Shown here piece by piece: positions 44,117 through 57,373 of a stretch of DNA of 64,000 bases. Position 1 is the stretch's first letter; each line of letters opens with the position of its first letter. A model generated the notes under the pieces. That model was not told the DNA's origin and searched no databases. It saw only the letters and a program-made list of their open reading frames with translations. The position numbers were made by a program, and so were the translations under genes. Source of the stretch: Eledone cirrhosa (taxonomy: Eukaryota); the NCBI GenBank assembly GCA_964016885.1, contig OZ024742.1, forward strand, positions 363,010,001 through 363,074,000, read 5' to 3'.

Positions 44117-44154
44117 CCTTTTGAAAAGCAGAAGAACTGCGAAACCGGTAAAGG
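44117..44154 (+). ncRNA. Minimal hammerhead with U3-A8 core
   Basis: CCTT-TTGAAAA-GCAG aagaa CTGC-GAAACCGGTA-AAGG; palindromic stem III ACCGGT; site GUA at 44150. Confidence 0.78.
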
Positions 44155-44285
44155 AACCAAATAAATATATATATTTAAAAAAAAAATAAGACTCCAGTTG
44201 TATTTTCGATTTCATCTCTTTTTCTTTATACTTTCACTCGTGTAGGACACCTCGGTTATTTTTCATTTTGTTAAAAAAACCTCAC

Positions 44286-44333
<48 letters not shown>

Positions 44334-44337
<4 letters not shown>

Positions 44338-44520
44338 CGAAGGAAATGTGGTAAGGAACCAGGTGGACCATAACGCACCAAAGTACTCAATACTTGAGGT
44401 AGTAGAGTGGGTAATAGGAACCAGTAAGACCCCGACAGCTGAGCTCAAGCCGTTTCGACGGCTAATTTGAATTAGCCGTCGAAACGGCTTGAGCTCAGCT
44501 GTCGGGGTCTTACTGGTTCC

Positions 44521-44523
<3 letters not shown>
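44334..44523 (-). mobile_element. Fold-back mini-element, family D
   Basis: Palindrome plus tail within (TA)n. Confidence 0.85.
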
Positions 44524-44585
<62 letters not shown>

Positions 44586-44666
44586 AATAAAAAGAATTCC
44601 AACTTTTATTAGTATAATCTTCTATACACAATCATACGCACCCGTGTATATTTATCTCTCTCTCTC

Positions 44667-44707
<41 letters not shown>

Positions 44708-45289
44708 GGGGAGGGTCATATTTGTGTAATAGTATTGCCAGAATTAATAACAGAACACACTCACTGTTTGGTTGGTTTTCGCTTCTGTGTCCTTTATATC
44801 GGTTAATTGGATTTATTCGGTCCTCAATGTTGCCATTGACTGACCAACGGTCAAAAATATAGATACAATATAGACACAAACACATTTATATAGTTTATCA
44901 AAGTTCTCTCGTTGAACATCTGCCACATCGTCAGTGGTGCTATTGTTTCCTCCCGTTGCATTGTATGTCTACGCCATCTTTTGTTTAGTCTGTTTATATA
45001 TATATATTTTTTGTTGGGGAGGGGGGGTCTTCTCTGCGCATGCGTTTGCGTGTGTGTATAGTGTTTTGTTTGATGTGTCTTCGTGTTTGGGTGACTTTGT
45101 ATTGGTTAATGTATTCTATCTTTACTAGTGTGTGTTTATATGTGTTTATTGTTATTGTGCTTGTGTATGTATTTATTTATTTATCTATTTATTTATTTAT
45201 TTATTTATTTATACTTCTCTTAGGTCAGTGTTGTTTGTTTGGGTGTTGTTGTTATTCCATTCATTTTTTCGGTTTAGCCTTGGCTTTCT

Positions 45290-47255
45290 AAGTTCTATTT
45301 CACTGGCCTCTCTGATTTGCCTATCTGCTGGGTCATTTCTATGTTTAGATATTATTCTAATTTCTAAGTTGCCTATGTTACCGTCGTGTTGTTGTCTAGC
45401 ATGTTCGTATAGTACTGAACCGTTTTTTCGTCCTTTTAGTTCCCCCAGTGTTGGTCTATCCTTTCACCTATGCTACGAGCTGTCTCGCCTATGTATGTTG
45501 TTGTCATGTTTCTGCAAGTACCCTCTGTACATCTTATGCTATAGACTACGTTTCTAGTTTTACAATTTATCCGGGGGTTTACTTTACATATGATGCATTT
45601 CCTATTAGTACAGTGGATTTTCTTAAAAGGGTACGTTTTGCTGATCAGGGATTTTATGGTGGTTCCTGGCTTTTCTACCACCTTAATCTTTAAGTGGGTC
45701 TTTCTCAGGGCCTTTCTAAACTGGTTAGCTAATTTCACTCCAGGGGTAGCGTCCACAAACATGACACTCTGGTATCTCTGGTTGTCGTACCATGAGGTGG
45801 CTTTCCCTATCTTATGTCTAGCCCTATCTAAGCTATTCCACGATTTGCTCCTGTATAATGGGCAAATTCCTTTCATGTCCAGTTCTATGAGGGTCTTCTC
45901 CGTGGCTCCTTCGTATACTCTGATTCTGTCTCTTTGGTTGTAGCCAGAGAACTGCATGCGGTTGAAGAAGTGTTGGATGTGTCTTTCCATTTCTGTTGGG
46001 TCGCACATGCGGGACACGTTCTTCATCACTCGTACCAAGTCTGCGATCAGAATATTAAACTTAGCACTACTGGACATTGCTGAGCTTTTTAGTATAAGGG
46101 ATTTGGAGGCCATGGGTTTAGCATAGTGTGAGTGGAGAATGTGGGTTCTCTCGTCTATATTGTTAATCCCGAGTTCCGTGTCTAATACATGTAGTCTATT
46201 GTTAGGGTGTTTGGAAGTGTAGTCGAAGTTTCAGTAATACTCTGGTGTCTACAATTAGCTATCTGCTGGATACTTTCCATTGTACTACGTTCTAAATCAA
46301 ACTTGTTAGTGCTCTCTTGTGGGGATGTCCGTATTATTATATTGATATCGTCTACGTAACGAGAGTACATGATGAGGTCTATGGAGCTCTCATCAAGGAG
46401 ATCTTTAATTCTCCTTTCCCACCATACCATAAAAAAGTTGGCAACGTCACCAGCTATGCTGACGCCAATGGCTGCTCCCTCATTTTGAGTGTAGATCTTC
46501 TCGTTGAACTTGAATATGTGGCCCTTTAGGCTAGTTTTGATAATAGCCCCTATTGCATGTGCGACCATTTTTCTTACCTGATCATTGTTTTGGGTGGTCC
46601 GTATAGCTTTGGTCCACCCAATCCACCTTCCCATGGGAGTCTTTTTAGCCATTGAGGTTATGGTGGGGGGGTATAACTCTTATGGTTCTACAGGGGCAGA
46701 ATCGTCTAAGGTAATGGCTGTCTAGTTAGTCAGTGTCGTAGGTAAGTCTAAGTAGGAGGCCCAGTTCGTCTGTGTCGACGTCGCAGAACTCCACCTCACT
46801 CTCAATGATCATCTCCACACATTTTCCACAGCAAAATCAATATTAATGGATGGGTACAGTGATACCACATCCATACTGCCTATTATGCAGTTGGATAGGT
46901 TCCTGTTTTTGTTGCACTCACTGATTCTGCTGAGGAGGTCCTCTGTACTGTCACATACATCTGGGGACATCTTGATTATGGGGCGTATAACCATTGAGAG
47001 GAAGTAGGAGATCCTGTAGTTCCTAGCTATATTTGCTCCGCATACGGATCTTGTTGGTGGTCCTGTTGTCGGGTCGTCGACTGTCTTGTGGTCTTTGCGG
47101 AGCCCATACAAGGGTGGTATGCCATTGTTAGACGCCTGGAAATTGTTGGTAGTGCGTCTGCTTGGCTTTAGGATGTCGGTCCACATCATCATGTGAGCGT
47201 TGAGGATTTTCTCTCTCCCATCATGTATTTGCTGTGCAATTTCGCTCGTGTTGGT
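45290..47255 (-). pseudogene. PLE RT plus GIY-YIG, frameshifted
   Basis: PPLYGLRKDHK, IGSMDVVSLYPSI, GAAIGVSIAGDVANFFM, YSRYVDD, CTNRKCIIC, VVYSIRC..YIGETARS. Confidence 0.88.
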
Positions 47256-47340
47256 GATGTGGGGTTGCATAGCCTTGATGTGGGGTTGCATAGCCTTGAT
47301 GTGGGGTTGCATAGCCTTGATGTAGGGCGACCCAACAGAA

Positions 47341-48045
47341 ATGGAAAGACACATCCAACACTTCATCAGCAGCATGCAGTTCTCTGGCTACAACCAAAGA
47401 GACAGAACCAGGGTATACGAAGGAGCCACGGAGAAGTATAAGACCCTCATAGAACTGGACATGAAAGGAATTTGCCCATTATACAGGAGCAAATCATGGA
47501 ATAGCTTAGATAGGGCTAGACATAAGATAGGGAAAGCCACCTCATGGTACGACAACCAGAGATACCAGAGTGTCATGTTTGTGGACGCTACCCCTGGAGT
47601 GAAATTAGCTAACCAGTGTAGAAAGGCCCTGAGAAAGATCCACTTAAAGATTAAGGTGGTAGAAAAGCCAGGAACCACCATAAAATCCCTGATCAGCAAA
47701 ACGTACCCTTTTAAGAAGACCCACTGTACTAATAGGAAATGCATCATATGTAAAGTAAACCCCCAGATAAAATGTAAAACTAGAAACGTAGTCTATAGCA
47801 TAAGATGTACAGAGGGTACTTGCAGAAACATGACAACAACATACATAGGCGAGACAGCTCGTAGCATAGGTGAAAGGATAGACCAACACTGGGGGGAACT
47901 AAAAGGACGAAAAAACGGTTCAGTACTATACGAACATGCTAGACAACAACACGACGGTAACATAGACAACATAGAAATTAGAATAATATCTAAATATAGA
48001 AATGACCCAGCAGATAGGCAAATCAGAGAGGCCAGTAGAAATTAG
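47341..48045 (+). pseudogene. Inverted duplicate of PLE C-terminus (GIY-YIG)
   Basis: Near-identical to ORF 45436-46113; YIGETARSIGERIDQH, LYEH, RQIREA. Confidence 0.88.
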
Positions 48046-49061
48046 AAGGCCAAGGCTAAACAGAAAAAATAAATGGAATAACAACAACACCCAAACAAAC
48101 AACACTGACCTAAGAGAAGTATAAATAAATAAATAAATAAATAGATAAATAAATAAATACATACACAAGCACAATAACAATAAACACATATAAACACACA
48201 CTAGTAAAGATAGAATACATTAACCAATACACAGTCACCCAAACACGAACACACATCAAACAAAACACTATACACACACGCAAACGCATGCGCAGAGAAG
48301 ACCCCCCCCAAAAAAAAAAATATATATATATATAAACAGACTAAATAAAGATGGCGTAGACATACAATGCAACGGGAGGAAACAATAGCACCACTGACGA
48401 TGTGGCAGATGTGCAACGAAAGAACTTTGTTAGAGTATATATATGTGTTTGTGTCTATATTGTATCTGTATTTTTGACCGTTGGTCAGTCAATGGCAACA
48501 TTGAGGATCGAATAAATCAAATTAACCGATATAAAGGACACAGAACCGAAAACCAACCAAACACTGAGTGTGTTCTGTTATTAATTCTGGCAATATTATT
48601 ACACAAATATGACCCTCCCCAAGTATAACAATATTTGTTTCGACACATGATTTCATATCAAAAACCACGCAAAACTAATATATATATATATATGAATACA
48701 TGCCTCTATTTATATGTATATATGTATTTATACATGAGAGAGAACGGCACTATATTAAGGTATAGACAGGACTAACATATTTTAAAATTAAACAGAAACA
48801 CACGGAGACCACAACAACACCAAAACAACAACAACAACAACAATAACAACGTAATTATTATCTCCGTAAATAGTTTCACTTTATATCACTCCATTAGTTC
48901 CTAAATCTTTAAGATTAATCGAACAAACAACATAAAGAAGAAGGAACAACAATAGAACAACACTAACAAACACTTCATACATAACATACGGATAATTAAC
49001 ATAGAACAGAACAAGTGATCGTGAAGCTTATGAAGGAAATATGGCGGATGTTCATTATTCT

Positions 49062-49243
49062 GTGGATTGGCAGTATCGGTAGAGGGTCGGACGCCATGCT
49101 TTGCAGCAAAGAGTTACGGCCCTTTACGGTCTGAGTTCAAATCCCGCCGAGGTTAACTTTGCCTTTTATCCTTACGGGGTCGATAAATTAAAGTACCAGT
49201 AATGTACTGGGATAATTGTTGGCCTTGTGCCAAAAGTAGAAAT
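49062..49243 (+). mobile_element. SINE family A
   Basis: A-box TGGCAGTATCGG, B-box GAGTTCAAATCC and family core. Confidence 0.88.
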
Positions 49244-49899
49244 AATTATTCTAAAAGCATCTTCGATATCCAGAAAAGTATTAGATAGACCCCTGCCAAG
49301 TTATGCAATTGTTTGTTAAAGATAATATTCTGTGTTTGTTTGTTGTTTGGAGTTATTTTTGTTGCTGGAGGTTGATGACGCTTGACGTGGGCCGTTTTTC
49401 CGTATGGGTAGAGGGTAGCTTTTTGTTGGTATTGGTATTGATATAAATAAAAATATGTATTATATGTTTATATATATATATATATTTATTAAAATATTAT
49501 TATTACTATATATATATATATAAAAGCTGACGGCCGTATGTAGGTAACACACTTTCCGCCAAACTGGACCAAACAGCACCAAATTTACACCATAGATGTA
49601 ACTATTTCTAAATAGAAAGTGAGGGTAATTTTGTTTATTGAATTTTGTTAAAAGATTAAAGACATTATTTAAATATTCACTTCTTTAAAATTTCAAATGT
49701 CAACACTTCCGGTTATACGTCATTCTTCACTTTTTCTTATGACGTCGCACAACATTCCCCTCTTTTTCTTAGTCTGTCTTTTTAGATAGATACATAGCTA
49801 TAACGTAGCGCCCTTATAATATGTCTCTGTATGTCTGGCTGTCTGCATTAGATAACTTTTTCGAAATATTTACTTTTGCGTTCACAGACGGATTTTTTT

Positions 49900-49950
49900 A
49901 GTTTCAGAAGATCCCGTTAAGGGTGAAAGCAGCGATTCTTTGCTTAAACT
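49900..49950 (+). ncRNA. Hammerhead-like fold, CAGAAGA core (PLE family 1 fragment)
   Basis: 49857-49967 matches the family 1 pseudo-LTR. Confidence 0.55.
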
Positions 49951-50045
49951 TTAATCTGTTATTTTACTTTATATATTCATGTACAGATATTTTTGCATAC
50001 ACAAAAACAAAAACCTATTTATTTCACGAAAACACAGACGGCTTA

Positions 50046-50510
50046 TCGTCATTGTTACTGTTCAAGGTTAGAGGACCACAGTCTTTCCAAGATCTGAGAA
50101 CCATCAATGGCCATCAATGTTCCACTTACCGTTTGGCTTGCCAGATGCGTGGTATGTTACACGATGATAGCCATTGGCACTTCACCCTGCAAGAAGCAGC
50201 AACTGCTAAAGTCCCTTCTCAGCTGCGAAAACGTTTTGCTATTATGCTGCACAACTGCGATCTCGCCGACCCTTTCGCACTGGAACAACCACCGTGAAAG
50301 TCTAGCTGAGGACATCCTCCACGGCACACGCAGACACAATCCAAAACGTAATATATGATGTCGTTTTCAATGAGGCGCTCATTTGTCTTGGAAACAGTGT
50401 CCTGGAGATTGGTGGTAGGCCTCTAAGTCACTACAGCTTACCTGCTCCTGACAGGAGTGTCCAGAGGTCAACGTCTACAGAGTTTCTCCGCGAGACGAGC
50501 TACGAAATCA
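50046..50510 (+). pseudogene. Helitron Rep/helicase inter-domain fragment
   Basis: LLLFKVRGPQSFQDLRTING..YRLACQMRGMLHDDSHW..LQEAA..PSQLR..FA; WNNHRESLAEDI after a frameshift. Confidence 0.85.
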
Positions 50511-51011
50511 GTGATTCTCCCATGGTCAATTGTATGTAGAATGTAGAATGCTCTAGGGTGAGGTCGCTAAACAATCTCTTCATCTTTACTCTAGAGGGCC
50601 GAACAAAAAATATTGTATACTCTGAGGCTCTAACCATGTAATTTAAATATTTTCTGTTACTTGGAATTTCCATTATGGTTGTACAAATTATTGTTTATTA
50701 AGAAATGTGTTCTCTGTTCAGCCTTTATTGTTGTAACTATCAATTTTCTTTAACGTACTGGCTGCTGAAATGGGGAATCCTAAAAACTACTCAAACCGAA
50801 CATCAGAACACGTTTACCCCCCCCCCCCCCCCTCGCTGACTTGAGAGGGTGTGCGGTATCTTTGCACTGGAGTGTAGAGAAGATTTTTGAAAAGATAAAA
50901 TGCCGGTATACCTAGCCGGACGCCAGCCGGACGGGTCAGCTAGGATATATACATATATATATATCACATAAGAAACGGAGAATCAGTGGTGCGACGAATT
51001 AAAATTAATTA

Positions 51012-51109
51012 GATATATTACAATCGTTTCTCTGGCGATCAGCTCGAGGCACGATCGATGTAATGATCGAACCTGACTCTGAAATCGCAAGATCCTCATC
51101 AGATACGTC
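51012..51109 (-). ncRNA. Type I hammerhead candidate with extended stem II (family E)
   Basis: GTAT-CTGATGA-gga-TCTTGCGAT...ATCGCCAGA-GAAAC GATT GTA-ATAT. Confidence 0.55.
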
Positions 51110-51247
51110 TCGATTCTTCGAAGCAGACCCCCCCCCCCTCCCCCGAAAATATATGTAAAAGGTAGACAGAAATAACAACACAATCGGTACAGTATATGGA
51201 AGGGATATATTAGGTTAACGCTTGATATAGCAGGAAGACGGTCCTAA

Positions 51248-52845
51248 CATGACGGTAATGGTGTCGAAGACCTTGGAAATCGAGGTAATCGGCAACCTAC
51301 TACAGGAATACGAAATGTTCACAGGAGCAAAACTGAACCCGGACAAGTCTGTCGGTTTGCAACTCGGAACTTGGAGAGGCAAACCGATGCCGTCGACGAC
51401 GTCATAGGACGCTGGACGGAGGGACCGATGAAATTGCTCGGGTCTGGTTCGGTCCAAACCTCCAGGTGAAGAAAAACTGGAACGAGGTCATGGCCAAGGT
51501 ATTTGCGCTCACCCAGAATTGCAGAGTGCAAACTGTCTTTGAAAGGTCGAACGGAGGTGGCGAACACTTTCATAGCGTCCGTCATCTACTACCGCTTGAT
51601 TGGCGTGCCTTGTTCCTGTGCATACCTCACCAAGATGGATCGCATGCTCTTCCAGTTCCTGTGGAAGAAGCCGGTGAGGAGATCCGTCTGCTGTCAACAC
51701 CCTTCCAACGGAGGGCTGGGCATGCCGTCGCTAATGATGCGCAAACATGCGCTGAGGCTACGGCATCTTCAGGTATTTCTCACCGACCAACCGGTGTGGC
51801 ACCGTTTGTGAGACATGCCTTCCCACAACTTGTCTCGCTGACGGAGCTGCAGTCCTGGGTCAAGCGAAGACCGAAGAAGATGGGCACCTGACACATTGAA
51901 TGGGCCCAGGAGCTCACAGTCCTCTGTCAAGCGGGTACACCAATCAGTGGAGACACCACTTCGACATCCTATAGAGGATTAATACTTTACAAGTGCGACG
52001 ACGTGCTAGGGGAGACTCTAGACGTCGAAGACGACGAGTTCACCTGTTTGTTCGGTAGGACTTTCCTCCCGGGACCTATGGACAACTTCCAGAGGTCCCT
52101 GGCCTGGCAGTGCTACTGAGGAACTCTACCCGTTCGAGATAAGATCTACAGGCACGGACGCCCCGGCAGGGATCCTTCCAAGAGGAAGTGTCCAAGATGC
52201 GAGCAGGACATTGAAACAGTCTTGCACGCAATTGTAGACTGCCCGGGCGTAAGCGACCTGTGGAACTATGGAGAACAACTGCTGTCGCGTATAGGAAAAG
52301 TCCAGTTGACTGCCGAGTCCATAGTAAGGATCAAACCGCCAGCCTCTTTCAAAAACAAAAGAGAGGCGTTTTTCCTTTGTACAGTGGCTATGGTGAAAGA
52401 GGTCATATGGTGGACGAGATTGAGAGGACTGAGGACAGATGCCTTTCTCTCCGGACAACAATTGATTCCCTTCTTTAAGTATCACTTTAGAAGGAGAATC
52501 AGAGTGGAAAGAGAGGTACTGCACCCCAGTAAATTTACTGACAGGTGGGTGAATGTAGCAAAAATGGCTCGAGTGATTGGGCCTTCTCTGTTAATAAGCC
52601 TGTGGGTTAAAGAAGAGAGCAAAAGGAAAAAGGGAGCACTTGCACAACACGATCCTGAAGTTGAGGGTTGTTCTATCGACGGGGTATTAAACAACCCATT
52701 TATGGCGTCTCCTCCCTATTGGGGATTTTGATTGTTATAATTGTTTGTTTTATATTTTTTCATACGACTCTATGTAAAATCCCCGGCATGTGTCTTTGTA
52801 TTGTCCCCTTTTCTTGTGCGCCCTTGTGGCAAATAAAGAAAGATA
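51248..52845 (+). mobile_element. Tx1-type LINE, second subfamily, 5'-truncated and degraded
   Basis: Homologous to the 3' third of ORF2 (KLSLKGR, GGLGMP, REVLHPSKF); AATAAA then (ATCT)n. Confidence 0.88.
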
Positions 52846-52874
52846 TCAATCTATCTATCTATCTATCTATCTAT

Positions 52875-55800
52875 AATCCTGCCTACACCACCAACAACTG
52901 CACAACCAACACAATCACCACAACTACCACTAAAAAAACAACAACCACAGCTCAAACCAAAACAAAACAATGTCCAACCCATCCCCCCACTCAAAAAAAA
53001 AACAATTTCCAAAACACCCGCACCGCAAACACAACCCGAAAATATACCCCTCCCCTCCAACGCGGAAGATGACCCTAGTTCGTCGTCAGACGAGGAGGAG
53101 CACTTCCACACAATCAAAAGAAAAAAAAGAAAACACACCTCAGACACACAAATGAAAACAACCCCTCCCCAAAACATAACACTGACACCAACCCAAAAGA
53201 GCTCACAACAACAGCAAACAAAAAACACCATACAAAAACAAAAACAAACATACACATACATAAACACAAGAAACAAAAAACTGTTAAACATTGTGTACAA
53301 CAAACATTTAATAAAAATCCAAGGGCCTAACTACACCAAGGCAGGGGATTTCCCCCACCTCAAAATGATTAAGGCCCCACAGGACACTTATAAAACTTTA
53401 AAAAACAACTTTAAAGATGACGTGGGTACCCCCTGCATCGGGCCCATTAACCGCGTCCTCCTAAAAAACTACCCCCCCCCCCCAAAAAAAAACACCCATA
53501 CAACTCCAAACTCCCCAACCACACAACACACTGATGCCCCTACACTTCCACAAACCACCACCCCACCCAACAACCCAACCCCCACCCTCATGGAAATTGT
53601 GCAGCCCGATACCCGGGACGCAGAGAGGTAAGTGCCTTTTCTCTTCACCACCAACATGGCTATGCTAAGAGTAGGCTGTTTAAATGCGCGTGGCCTGGGC
53701 TCAACTTGGAAGCAAGCAATGCTTCTAAATGACCTCAGGTCACAACGTATAGATGTGATGGTTATTTGCGAGGCCCGGATCAGCAACGTGCGGCAGCTGG
53801 CCCCCACCTTTGATGACCTTGAGATGCACGCATCTCTCTGTCAGCCCGGCGGTGGGGGTGGGGTTGTTGTTCTGCTGCAAAAACATCTGGGTCTCACAAT
53901 ACAGACGGTACATTTGGACCCGGAGGGTCGACTAGTGGTTCTGGACCTTGGCAGTGGTGAAGGCGGAGCGTTTAGGTTGGTAGCCGCCTACGGCCCTTTC
54001 GGGTCAATGCGGCCTGACTTCTTCCATCGTCTGGAGACTTTTCTAGGGACGTCCCGCTCATTGCTATTAGTGGGGACTGGAATGGTATCCTAGATGCACG
54101 CTGGCACTACGTAGGGGCCTGTCCCGATAGAGAGGGGTGTAATAGCCTCAAAGGGTTAATCGGTCGATTTGACCTGGCCGATAGATATCGACTAGATTTT
54201 CCGACTGCGCCAACCTGGACTTGGGCAAATCGTAGCGGATCATCTAGGTCGTACCCAGATAGGTTCTTAGTTAGAAATAAGGATGAGGACTGTTTAAGTT
54301 GTCCAAAAATGAGCATGGTTGGCTATTCAGACCACAAATTAGTGAGCTGCATGGTCAACCTTGACAGAACGCATAGACAGGGACCCGGTTACTGGAAGCT
54401 CAACTTGTCCTTACCGACAAGTAAGGCTTACAGGGACCGGATTAGCACTTTAGTTAAGGAGCGGTTGACGGGTGCCATCGTTAACAGCAGGTGGTGGGGA
54501 TCTCTCAAAAGAGAGATTAGAGTAGTCTCTATAGAATTTAGTAAGGAGTTAGCCTCAAATAGAAATAGGAAGGAAATGGAGCTGGTAGATAGTGTTAAGA
54601 GGCAATTAGAAGCGGCGACGTGGCCAGAGTGCTAGCGTCGAGAACGGCCCTGGGCAAGTTCTTCGACGCGAAACACGAAGGCTGCATCGTCCGAAGCAAA
54701 ATACGTGCTCTGGGAAACGAGGGGACCAAAGCTGTTAGCTGGGCCCGCGTGACAGAAGCCAAAATAGGAAGCAGATCAATTATCCGGTCTTTGCGAGACC
54801 AGGATGGACGGGTTATCCTTGAACCTAAGCAGATGTGCGAGACTTTTCAAAAGCACTTTGCCGGATTGTTCGGAAGGGGCGGGGAGCCGGTTGGGGATGT
54901 GGACTTCGGTCCATACCTTGACGGCCTGCCGCGTCTCTCGGACAGGGAGGCAAAGTCCTGCGAGGAGCCGATTTCAGCCTCTGAGATAAAGGACGTGCTG
55001 AGCCAATGCGGCAAACGCAAATCCCCGGGTCTCGATGGTCTTCCATGCGAACTATATCTAGCTATGCCGGACTTGTTCCCCTATCTCCTCGAGGCGGTCT
55101 ACTGCAACTGGCAACAGAACGGGAGAATTCCCTGTGCTGTGACCAAGGGCGTAGTCACGCTAGTGAGGAAGGACGAGAACAAGGGGGACGATATAAATAA
55201 TTTCAGGCCCATAACTCTGCTAAATACAGCGTTACAGATTTTGGCCAAGGTGCTAGCAAAGAGGTTGGCGCTTGTCGTGGGCAACCTGGTGGAAGACGCG
55301 CAGACATGTGCTATACCGTCCATGTCCATCCACGACAACCTCCACCTCATGCGTCACATCATAGAGAGGGTTGGGAACGAACCCGGCTTTGGTGGGGCCC
55401 TGATCAACTTGGATCAATCTAAGGTGTTCGATTGGGTCGCCCGTGGTTACCTGGATGCGGTGCTAGCGGCGGCAGGCTTCGGACCCGTTTTCAGGGGCTG
55501 GATCAATGCCATGCACAGCAGCCGCATCTGCTCCAGGGTCAAGGTGAACGGCTACCTCCCGGAGCCGTTCGAAATCGCGCGGTCCATCCGACAAGGGTGC
55601 CCTCTCTCCTCCCTTCTGTATGTGATGACTCTAGAGCCACTGCTGCGGAAGTTGGAGTTGTTGCAGGGCATCCCGTTGGGACCGGGATTGCGGAAAGCGG
55701 TGTCGGCCTACGCCGACGACGTGACAGTAATGGTGTCGACGGCCTCGGGTATCGGGGCGGTCGGCAGCTTACTGGAGGCGTACGAAAGGTTTACAGGGGC

Positions 55801-57360
55801 TAAGCTGAACCGGGACAAGTCGATCGGTCTGCAACTCGGCACGTGGAGGGGCAGATCGATGCCCTCCGATTGCATCGTCGGGCGCTGGACGGAGGGCCCG
55901 CTGAAGTTGCTCGGGGTCTGGTTCGGACCAGACCTCCAGGTGGAGAAGAACTGGGGTGAGGTAACGAACAGGGTGTTTGCACTGACCCAGAAATGGGCCA
56001 AGTGCAAACTGTCCCTGAAAGGTCGGACGGAGGTGGCGAACACTTATATAGTCTCCGTCATCTACTACCGCCTGACCGTCGTGCCTTGCCCAAGGGAAAC
56101 GCTCGCCAAAATGGAGCGCGCACTCTTCCAATTCCTTTGGAAGAAGCGGGCTCCTATGGTGAGGAGATCCATCTGCTGGCAACACCCTTCGAAAGGAGGG
56201 CTGGGGATGCCGTGGCTAATGATACGTAAACACGCATTAAGGGTAAGGCACCTCCAGGTATTCCTCACCGGTCAACCGGTGTGGGCCCCGTTTGTGAGGC
56301 GAGCCTTTCTCAGACTCGTCTCACGCACCGAGCTGCAATCCTGAGTCAAGCAAAGGCCGAGAAAACTGGGCGCCTGTCACACCGAGTGTTCCCAGGCGCT
56401 CACGGCTCTCTGGCAGGCGGACTCGGCTGTCAGTGGAGAATCCACCTCGTCATTCTATAGAGGGCTGGTGGTCAGCAGGTGCGACGACGCCCTCGAAGAA
56501 GCCCTAGGCATGGAGGAAGACGAACTGGACAACCTGTTCGGTAGGTCATTCAGCCCGGGACCCATGGATAACTTCCAGAGGTCCCTGGCCTGACAGTGCT
56601 ACCGAGGGGCTCTGCCCGTTCGAGAAAGGCTCTACAGACACGGGCGGCCGGGTAGGGTCCCCTCGAAAAAGATCTGTCCCAGATGCGTGTGCGACGAGGA
56701 AACCGTTGCACACGCTTTCGTACACTGCTCGGGCATGGCCGATCTTTGGGGCTATGTCGAACAACTGCTGTCAAGGGTGGGACCGATCCGGTTGACCACC
56801 GAGTCTATTGTAACGATCAAGCCGCCTCCCTTCTTCAAAAACGAAGAAGAGGCTGTGTTTCTGTGCGTAATAGCCATGGCGAAAGAGGTTGTATGGTGGA
56901 CGCGTCTGAAAGGACTGAGGTCAGACACCTTTCTCTCTGGCCAACAACTGGTCCGTTTCTTCCGATATCATTTCGGAAGAAGGATCAGGATGGAGAGAGA
57001 GGTGCTGCATCCCAGCCGTTTTTATGAAAGATGGGTGAAAGTGGCGAGAATGGCCCGTGTGAATGGGCCTTCACTCTGCATCAGACTAGAGGTGAGGAAG
57101 ATGAAAGACCAAGGGAGCACCCCCTCTCTGTGCTCCTGAGGAGAAGGGTTGCGCACTTTTTGTCGGTGTGTGCGACCCCCCAAGGCCCCTCCTGCCTATT
57201 GAGGATTTTGTTATAAAATTTATTTTGTTATATTTTATTTTATTTTTATACTTTTATATCTTGTTATTGCCTCCTCCATATGGAGGACGCCTTTGCATGT
57301 AAACTCCCCCCTTTGTACTTGTCCCACTTTTGATGCCCTGGTGGCAAATAAATAGAAAGT
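52875..57360 (+). mobile_element. Tx1-type LINE truncated within ORF1; close sister of 37471-42969
   Basis: Aligns from 38490 onward; ORF2 starts at 53656 with frameshifts and stops (e.g. 56342); YADD; (ATCT)n at both ends. Confidence 0.92.
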
Positions 57361-57373
57361 TATCTATCTATCT

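Larger units (their letters stand above)
43927..44292 (+). mobile_element. Fold-back PLE family 3 terminus carrying hammerheads on both strands
   Basis: 43927-44075 is the reverse complement of 44083-44230; extra 60-bp tail on the right; (TA)n flanks. Confidence 0.88.
44707..48680 (-). mobile_element. PLE family 3 (Neptune/Nematis-like) with inverted partial duplicate
   Basis: Minus-strand RT-EN pseudogene and 3' region at 44707-47255; 47328-48620 (+) is an inverted copy of about 44707-46003. Confidence 0.87.
49507..50943 (+). mobile_element. Non-autonomous Helitron with RepHel remnant
   Basis: 5' TATATATAAAAGCTGA; 3' CCGG..CCGG hairpin then GTCAGCTAG; internal RepHel-like coding piece. Confidence 0.65.
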
